Source: Blastocladiella emersonii ATCC 22665 (taxonomy: Eukaryota > Fungi > Blastocladiomycota). Taken from it: a stretch of DNA of 64,000 nucleotides. A model generated the notes under the pieces. The model was not told where the DNA came from. It did not search any database and was given only the letters and a program-made list of their open reading frames with translations. The DNA is taken from positions 4,216,001-4,280,000 of the forward strand of contig JANHCV010000001.1 of NCBI GenBank assembly GCA_025594325.1. The letters run 5' to 3'. The translations under genes and the position numbers were made by a program. This document shows positions 57,042 to 64,000 of this stretch, piece after piece. The first letter of the stretch is position 1; every line of letters starts with the position of its first letter.

Positions 57042-57211
57042 AGCGATTGCATGGTTGAGGGGATGAGAGAGCGGAAAGAGACGAGAGACGCGACGATCAC
57101 TGCGGCGTGACGTGACGCCGTGCATCAACAGCTCGGCCCTGCGCGTCGCTGGTCGTGGCGCAGCTCATCCTCTCTCCCCTCAGTCCCTTCCAAATACCCC
57201 CACACACTGCC

Positions 57212-57799
57212 ATGTACTCGATGCAACTGCGCGCACTCGCCGCGCGGACGACCTCGGCCGTCGCCGCGCGCACCGCCCTCCCCGCGGCAAGACCATGGAC
57301 CGCCGCGACGCTCAGCCCACTACGCTCGTTCGCCACGCGCATCGTGCGCCCCGAGACCCCGCCAGTATCGCCCGACGGTAAGCCCATGTCGCTCGAGATT
57401 GACGCCTCGGCCGTCAAGGTACGTGCGATCGCCGATCGCCTGGTGGACTGCCCTGCCCGATCGCTCACTGGTCGATGATTACCTTAGCAACTCAAGAAGC
57501 TGTACGCGAGCGAGAACAACGACCAGCAGGCGCTGCGCATCATCGTCGAAGCCGGCGGGTGCCACGGCTTCCAGTACAAGCTGGACCTGGTCGACGCGAC
57601 CGCGCTCGAGCCCGAGGACGTGCTGCTCGAGAACGACGGCGCCAAAGTCGTCATTGACGACACCTCGCTCGAGCTCGTGTCGGGCTCCAAGGTCATCTTC
57701 GCCAACGAGCTCATTGGCCAGGAGTTCCGCCTCACCGACAATCCGAACGCGGGCTCGAGCTGCGGGTGCGGCACCTCGTTCGAAGTCAAGTTTTGACAC
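57212..57799 (+). CDS. ISA2: Mitochondrial A-type Fe-S cluster assembly protein (Isa2/ISCA2)
   Basis: Presequence; LRIIVEAGGCHGFQY; NPNAGSSCGCGTSF. Intron 57419-57487. Confidence 0.88.
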
Positions 57800-57893
57800 T
57801 GCTCGCTCCTCTCCCCGAATACATAGACCAGTGATTACTCAGCAAAACGGAATGGGTTTTATTCGCGATAGTGTGCTACTGCGCGAGACGTCT

Positions 57894-60617
57894 CTACCCG
57901 TGGGCATGAGCGTGGGTGTGCTCCGCGTCCGCGTCCTGCGCGAACCCGGGCGCCGCCGTGACGGGCATCGGTGCGGCCGCGTCCGCCGGCGTCGCGTCGG
58001 CGGCGAGCATGATCTGCCACATGATCGGGTCGAGGGCACCGCCGGACCTCCGCTCGCGGGACACGGTCGTCGAGACGGCGCCGTACGAGTGGCCGGGCAA
58101 GATGACGGCCGCCTCGGGGAGCCGCGCGCGGAGCCGGCGCAGCGTGTTGCGCATGACGGCGGGGTCGCCGCCGGGCAGGTCGCACCGCCCGACGGCGCCC
58201 GCAAACAGCGTGTCCGACGACAAGATACGGTTGCCGTTGACGAGGATGCACTGCGACCCGGGCGTGTGGCCGGGCGTGTGCCAGAACTCGAGCACGGTCC
58301 CGCGGCCGAGCCGCACCGTGTGCCCGTCGCCCGTGTCGACCATGGTGCGCATGCGGTCGAGCTTGGTGTCCGTCGCAAACGTCGCGTCCGCGTCCGCCAG
58401 GATCGCGCGCTCCGCCGGGTGCAGGTACACGGGCACGGGCTTCCCGCCCGCGAGCCCCTCACGCACCGCCGCCTTGACCATGGCGCGCAGCCCGGGCACG
58501 CGCACGCGGTACCGGTCGAACGGCGGCGGCGGCTGTCCGCCGACGTGGTCGACGTGCGCGTGCCCGATGGCGATCCCGGCGAGCGTCCACCCGCGCGCGC
58601 GCACCTGGTCGAGCACCGCCTCGGGGTCCCACGCCGGGTCGACCACGACGCACTGCTTGGACCCGACGTCCGCCACAATGTACATGCAGTTCTGCATCTG
58701 GCGCGCGTACGCGTGCAGCACCGTGCGCACCACGGCCCACCGCGGCACGGTCCCGGCGACGCAGAAGTCGCGCCCGCTGATCAGCTGCACGATGCGCAGC
58801 CCGCCCATGGCGTCGTGCACCGCCCACCGCGCCCGGTCGCGCCGCGTCAGCACGCCCGCCGACGCGCCGGCCGCTGGGTCGAGGACCGCGACGCGGTGCA
58901 GCGCCGCCTGCGCGGCAGCGAACCGCTCGAGCGCGAGCAGCGCGTCGGCACGCCGGAAGTGCGCTTTAGCCCACCCGGGATCGAGCTGGACCGCGCGGTC
59001 CGCGTCGGCGAGCGCGCGCCGCGCCAGCGCGTTCGGCTCGTCGGACCGCGGCGCGTTGCCCGCCATGCGCACCAGCGTCGCGCTGCGGTTCGCGTACACG
59101 TGCGCGGCCTCGCGCCGGACTTGCCGCGGGAGCACGGCCACGGGGGATTCGGGGAACCATGTCCGCAGGGGTACGGGCGCGAGCTCGCTAGGCAGTGCGT
59201 CGTCGGGCGTACCCGAACCGGGAGCCGACGCGACCGAGGTGCGCTGCGGGGACGTGGAGCGCGACGCGGCAGCGCTGGACGCCGTGTCGAGCGTCTCCCA
59301 CGCATCGCCGCTGTCGTCCTCGTCGTTCTCCCACCAGCCCGCGACGAGCCGGCTCATGCGGTTGGACTTGGTCTCGGCGACCGTGGTGAACCCGTGGCCG
59401 ACCGGGCGGCGCGGGACCGAGGGTCCGGCACCCGTCGGCGATGTTGGCGCCGAGCTCGACGACGGCGCCGATGCAGACGAGGATGACGACAGCGACCACC
59501 GCGGCTTACGGCGGAACAGGCCGCCGAGCCCGCCGCCGCCCGTCGCGTGCGGGGCGAACCCGGCAGCGGTCGGCGACAGCGGCGAGGCGACCTTGATGGA
59601 CTCGCGTCGCGCGCCGCCAGCGCCCTTGCGGCGGGATGTCGGGTGGTGGTCGGGGAACGCGTTGATCTCGAAGTGGCGGGCGGCCTGCGAGTAGGCGGTG
59701 AGGGCGGCCGGGTAGTCGGCGAGCTGGAAGGCGGCGTTGCCGCGGGCGCGCGCCTGCGCGAGCAGCGGGAGCTTGGCCTCCCACTCGGCCGTCATGGGCC
59801 GGTCGGGCAGCGCCGCGGCGAACGTCGACGCGTCCTCGTCGAGGAACGGCAGCGAGTGGACCGTCGAGGTCGGCGTCGGTACGCTCGCCGCGGTTATTGG
59901 CGAGGTCGGGACCGAGCGGGCGGGAAACGTGGCGGCGACGGGGCTCTGCACGGCCATGAAGTGCGCCGACGGCGGGATCGACGCGGGCGAGAGCGGCGTG
60001 GCGGGCGGCGGGGAGGCCGCGCTTGGCGGCGTTTTAGCACCGCTCGGCGTCGGTGGCGGCACGGCCGAGGTGTCGACGGCGAGGACGGGACGCGGCTCAG
60101 GTTCCGGCTGCTCTTCCGCCAAAGGAGTGTCGAGCTCGGTGTCGGCGGTCGGCGACAGCATGGGCTCGGTCGTGTCCGAGAAGGGCGAGCGCGGGTCGGT
60201 TGGCGACGCGAGCTCGACCTCCTCGTCCTCGTAGTCGCCCGCCGCAGACGGTTCGGCTGGGATGTCGCGGTCACTGGTTGCGGCCTCGTCGTGCGGCGAG
60301 GACGGCAGCTCAACAGCGGCCGAGGCGTGGTCCTCGACCTCAACGTCCGAGACGACGGACGCAGCAGTCTCGAGAACCTGCGCAGGCGACTCTGGACGCA
60401 CGCCGTCATCATGAGCAGCGGCGGGCGAGGGCACCGAGGCCATCGAGGAGGCCGAGTCGGCGCGAGGCGACTTGGGCACGATCGAGGACCGGCGCGACCC
60501 CGCGGTCTCGGCGATGAGCGGCGGTTCGGGCGTCGATTGCATGGTGCTGGTCTCGCTCATCGCAGCGGAGGGCGAGGCGGGTGGTGGGTGCTCCATGGGA
60601 GCCGGCGAAGAATCCAT
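57894..60617 (-). CDS. TPR plus metallo-beta-lactamase-fold (glyoxalase II-like) fusion protein, no intron seen
   Basis: TPR motifs (ARARGNAAFQLADYPAALTAYSQA; YANRSATL; WAKAHFRRADALLAL); MBL motifs NCMYIVAD, VVDPAWD, HAHVDH (58545-58562), HTPGHTPGS, SDTLFAGAVGRCDLPGG, PGHSY. Confidence 0.85.
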   Translation of the reverse strand: MDSSPAPMEHPPPASPSAAMSETSTMQSTPEPPLIAETAGSRRSSIVPKSPRADSASSMASVPSPAAAHDDGVRPESPAQVLETAASVVSDVEVEDHASAAVELPSSPHDEAATSDRDIPAEPSAAGDYEDEEVELASPTDPRSPFSDTTEPMLSPTADTELDTPLAEEQPEPEPRPVLAVDTSAVPPPTPSGAKTPPSAASPPPATPLSPASIPPSAHFMAVQSPVAATFPARSVPTSPITAASVPTPTSTVHSLPFLDEDASTFAAALPDRPMTAEWEAKLPLLAQARARGNAAFQLADYPAALTAYSQAARHFEINAFPDHHPTSRRKGAGGARRESIKVASPLSPTAAGFAPHATGGGGLGGLFRRKPRWSLSSSSSASAPSSSSAPTSPTGAGPSVPRRPVGHGFTTVAETKSNRMSRLVAGWWENDEDDSGDAWETLDTASSAAASRSTSPQRTSVASAPGSGTPDDALPSELAPVPLRTWFPESPVAVLPRQVRREAAHVYANRSATLVRMAGNAPRSDEPNALARRALADADRAVQLDPGWAKAHFRRADALLALERFAAAQAALHRVAVLDPAAGASAGVLTRRDRARWAVHDAMGGLRIVQLISGRDFCVAGTVPRWAVVRTVLHAYARQMQNCMYIVADVGSKQCVVVDPAWDPEAVLDQVRARGWTLAGIAIGHAHVDHVGGQPPPPFDRYRVRVPGLRAMVKAAVREGLAGGKPVPVYLHPAERAILADADATFATDTKLDRMRTMVDTGDGHTVRLGRGTVLEFWHTPGHTPGSQCILVNGNRILSSDTLFAGAVGRCDLPGGDPAVMRNTLRRLRARLPEAAVILPGHSYGAVSTTVSRERRSGGALDPIMWQIMLAADATPADAAAPMPVTAAPGFAQDADAEHTHAHAHG

Positions 60618-60944
60618 GGTGAGGCGACAGAGTTTGCAAGGGAGGTTGTGCTCGCCGATGGACGCCGATGGAGTGGCGGGTCGGAGGTTGAGCGCGGGCG
60701 TCGTCGTCTGCACCGAGTCGCTACGGTTGCCGTTGCGGTCCGGCTGCGTGGAATGATGAATAAAACTCAGCGTTGAAGGGGAGGAGGTGGCGGAGCGGCG
60801 GCGCCTCGGCCAGCGACCACGACGGCCGCGCCAACGTTTCTCCGAGTGGTCCGACCATCACGTGGGGCGCGGAAAATCTTGAAGGGCAATCAGGACCGCG
60901 AACCTCGCGCTCGCTCTTGCTCCGCGACCTGCCAGCCGGCGCCC

Positions 60945-62372
60945 ATGAATCACACGATGAAGACGGAGAGCGCGATTGCGACTGCCGGCAACAAGCCCGT
61001 CGCGGCGACGCCAGCCGTGTCACAGCCAGCCGCGACCCCCGCTGCGCCGAAGCCGGCCGCCCCCATGCCCGCTGCTGCTGCTGCTCCGAAGCAGGCCACG
61101 CCTACGCCGGCCGCACCGAAGCGCCCCGTGCTGCAGAAACCGGCGGATCGGAAGCCTGTCGCTCAGAAGCCTTCTGCGCAGCGTCCCGCTGCGCGCCCCG
61201 TGAAGCCTGCAAACGGGTCCACCGCTCCCGCCGCGGCCACGGCTGCGTCGGGCTTCAACGGCCAGGCCGCTGCCGCCACGGACGCCTCGACCGTCGACAT
61301 TGGCCGCCCGGTCGCGCGCATCCACCCCTACCGCGTCGTGCTCGCCGACATTGAGGGCACCACCACCGACATTGCCTTTGTCCACGACGTGCTGTTCCCG
61401 TACGCCCGCACCCACGTGGAGCCGTTCCTGCGCGCCCACGCGTCGGATCCCGCCGTGGCCGCCGTGATCCGCGACCTGCACGCGCAGTCGGTCGACGACG
61501 TGGCCGCCCTCGCCGCTGGCGGGCCCAAGGCCGCGGCGATCCCCGGTGCCGCCGACTTTGTGGGTATCGACGACCCGGCCAACCTCGACCAGGTCATTGC
61601 CAACGTCAAGTGGCAGATGGCGCACGACCGCAAGTCCACGCCGCTCAAGGCGCTGCAGGGCCACATCTGGCGCTCCGCGTACGAGTCGGGCAAGGTCAAG
61701 GGCCACCTCTACACGGACGTGCTGCCCGCGCTCTACCACTACCAGGCCGTCGGCGTGCCCGTCTTCATCTACTCGTCGGGCAGCATTGCCGCGCAGAAGC
61801 TGCTCTTTGGCCACTCGGACTTTGGCGACCTGCAGCCCATGCTCGCGGGCTACTTTGACACGACCATTGGCAACAAGCTGGCGCCCAAGTCGTACGGTGA
61901 CATCCTCCAGCAGATTCGTGTCGCGCTCAACGACCCGAAGCTTCAGCGGCAGGACATTCTTTTCCTCAGCGACAACAGCGTCGAGGTCTCGGCCGCGCGC
62001 ACCGCACGGCTGCAGGTTGCCCTTGCGCTGCGCCCGGGTAACCCGCCCATTGGGGCCTCCATCATGGCCAAGTACCCGTGCTTCCACTCCTTTTCGCAGC
62101 TCATCTCGCCCGAGCTGCACGCTTTCTGGACCAACAACAAGGCGCTGAAGCGTAAGCGCGAGGCTACGCTGGCTCCCGTCGCGACTGCTCCCGCTGCGCC
62201 CGCTTCCGCTCCCGATGTCGCTGCTCCTCCCGCCAAGAAGCAGAAGAAGCCGTCCAAACTCGACGATCCTGTCGTCCGCGCCGCGATTGCGCGCAAGGCC
62301 GTTCTGGACACGGTCGCCAAGCAGCTGGCCGCCAAGGACTCGAGCGCGGCTCCCGCGGCCTCCACCGAGTAG
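60945..62372 (+). CDS. UTR4: Enolase-phosphatase E1 (methionine salvage, HAD family) with terminal extensions
   Basis: LADIEGTTTDIAFVHDVLFPYAR, DRKSTPLKALQGHIW, IYSSGSIAAQKLLFGHS, YFDTTIGNK, ILFLSDN, RPGNPP. Confidence 0.93.
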   Translation: MNHTMKTESAIATAGNKPVAATPAVSQPAATPAAPKPAAPMPAAAAAPKQATPTPAAPKRPVLQKPADRKPVAQKPSAQRPAARPVKPANGSTAPAAATAASGFNGQAAAATDASTVDIGRPVARIHPYRVVLADIEGTTTDIAFVHDVLFPYARTHVEPFLRAHASDPAVAAVIRDLHAQSVDDVAALAAGGPKAAAIPGAADFVGIDDPANLDQVIANVKWQMAHDRKSTPLKALQGHIWRSAYESGKVKGHLYTDVLPALYHYQAVGVPVFIYSSGSIAAQKLLFGHSDFGDLQPMLAGYFDTTIGNKLAPKSYGDILQQIRVALNDPKLQRQDILFLSDNSVEVSAARTARLQVALALRPGNPPIGASIMAKYPCFHSFSQLISPELHAFWTNNKALKRKREATLAPVATAPAAPASAPDVAAPPAKKQKKPSKLDDPVVRAAIARKAVLDTVAKQLAAKDSSAAPAASTE

Positions 62373-62456
62373 TTTTTTTTACCTAGATCACCTCGCTCGC
62401 TCATCTGCGCATCTTCATATATATCTGACCTCTAGTAGTTACATCTATTCCTCCAT

Positions 62457-63369
62457 TCACGGGCGGCCCTTGCCGTACAACCACCAATTCTCGCCGCGGC
62501 GAATCTAGACGCGACGCGACCATGGTCAGCTTGCTGGCCATCATTACCCAGACGGCGCGAGGTCCACGCACCCATTTGGCCAAGGGGTTGTCGCCCGCCT
62601 CGGTGAGCACACGGAACGTGTGGATGGCGCGGAACCCGTTGCGGTTGGCAAACACCATGTCCGTCATGACGCGGTCGCCCACGAAGGCGACCTCGCTGGG
62701 CGACTTGATCACGCCCGAGAAGTGCCGCTTGATGGACGAGCCGCCTGCTGGCTTCTTCTCCTTGTGCCGGAGTACGGGGACGCCTACAGTCGGAGGGCTG
62801 CGGTCAGGGAGCCGAATGGTGGTCGAAGTGAGGGATCGGCGCGTACCGAGCGACTCCTCGAGTCGTTCCGCCTGCACCCACGGACGGACGTGTGAGCCTC
62901 CCAACATCCAACCCGCCAACCGTCGATCCGTACCTGCGCTCCGTTCTTGTCGTCGAGCGTGCCCGCCGAATTCGAGTAGATGGCGACGTTGGATCGCCCA
63001 AAGACGCGGATACACTCGGCGAACGCTAGTTCCCAGCGCGAATCTGTCAACGCTTCGCCCTCACGTCACCCGATCTCACCAGCGCGTACCCTTCTCGACG
63101 GAGGGATGCACCGCGTCCGAGTACGGCGCCGTGAGGCAGTTGTCCTTGTCAAAGACGATGCACCGCACGCCGCTCGCGTGCAGGTTCGGGAAGTCGAGGT
63201 GCGAGATGTCTACGCTTCCGCAGCGTGAGCGTCGGACACTCTCAGCGCGGGGAAGCCAGCGCGACGACGACGGAGTACCAGGGACCGAGAGGTGCGGCCG
63301 CGCGACGGCGGGCGACCGGATGACCCACGCCAGCGCGCGGATCCCGGCAAAGTTGACTGACTGCACCAT
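62457..63369 (-). CDS. GEP4: Mitochondrial phosphatidylglycerophosphatase (HAD IIIA), multi-exon
   Basis: MVQSVNFAGIRAL, IVFDKDNCLTAPY, IYSNSAGT, VPVLRHKEKKP, AFVGDRVMTDMVFAN; last exon IRRGENWWLYGKGRP*. Confidence 0.88.
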
Positions 63370-63632
63370 GTTACATGAGCTACGTGGTTTCGTATGAGCT
63401 GCTTCTGAGAGGAATTGGACCAGATCGAGGGGAGAGGAGAAGCGAGGCAAGGCCGAGGCCGAGGGAGGGCGGCAGTCACGAGCACCAGAACCGCCGGCCG
63501 TTGCCCAGGCCGCCAGGGGTTCTGTTGCTTGTGCGCGAGCGCGAGTCAAACTCTCCCAAGAACAAGGGGTTCGGGTCCGGGAGCATAAGAAAATGTATAT
63601 CGTGAGCGCCTCCCGAGCAGCGGACGCGCGCT

Positions 63633-64000
63633 TCAGTCGTACTTGGACTGCTCGAGGCGGTCGCCCTGGCCGCCGCCACGGCAGCACACGAACCACGACG
63701 CGACAATGGCGAGGCCGAGGCCGGCGACGAGGAACACGGGCGACGTGGTCGACGCCTTGCGCCAGCCGGCCTTGATCCAGCCCGTGACGCGGCCGCGGGT
63801 CGAGGTCGCGTGCAGCTTGGCGGAGTGTCCCGCGACGCCGGCGACCTGCTTGACGACGTCGTCGAGCGCGGTCTGGATGCCCTTGGCCGTGAAGGGGAGC
63901 GGGTGGCCCTGCTCGGCGACGGCGTAGAACTCCTCGAGCGCGGGCACCGACAGCACGACGCGCGGCAGGTCCTCGGCGGCGATCCCGTACACGTTCTTGA
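63633..64000 (-). CDS. 3' end of a single-pass membrane protein, possibly an Eps1/TMX-type protein disulfide isomerase (5'-truncated)
   Basis: YGIAAEDLPRVVLSVP resembles a thioredoxin b' segment; C-terminal TM PVFLVAGLGLAIVASWFVCC; ends SKYD* with Lys at -3 (ER-retrieval-like). No CxxC visible in the window. Confidence 0.45.
   Translation of the reverse strand, partial: KNVYGIAAEDLPRVVLSVPALEEFYAVAEQGHPLPFTAKGIQTALDDVVKQVAGVAGHSAKLHATSTRGRVTGWIKAGWRKASTTSPVFLVAGLGLAIVASWFVCCRGGGQGDRLEQSKYD

Noticed and set aside
1-64000. Prokaryotic operons, defence systems, transposons, rRNA or tRNA genes
   Set aside because: Spliceosomal introns and eukaryote-specific genes occur throughout; I recognised no transposase, reverse transcriptase, terminal repeat or structural RNA signature by eye (tRNAscan, Infernal and RepeatModeler would be decisive).

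Overview
GC-rich, gene-dense eukaryotic DNA carrying about 30 protein-coding genes, mostly in alternating orientation. Introns are short (mostly about 52-76 nt, GTRCG...CTRAC...YAG). Flagellar genes (CC2D2A/MKS6, IFT22) occur together with fungal-type genes (GH18 chitinase, GNA1, EF-hand MscS, GEP4, MRH4-like helicase), which points to a zoosporic early-diverging fungus, most likely Blastocladiomycota-like (inference). I recognised no rRNA, tRNA, CRISPR array or transposon. All family calls come from remembered motifs, not database searches, and exon boundaries were worked out by hand. Best leads: (1) an MDH1-type malate dehydrogenase with two apparent alternative N-termini, one carrying a PTS2 peroxisomal signal and one from an upstream exon that splices it out; (2) a near-identical tandem ACGCGT 20-mer in the promoters next to both flagellar genes; (3) a class C (GABA-B-like) GPCR with a possible C-terminal PH-like domain; (4) a carboxylate-clamp TPR fused to a metallo-beta-lactamase-fold hydrolase; (5) a hidden 4-exon, 102-aa BORCS7-like gene that the ORF track misses.
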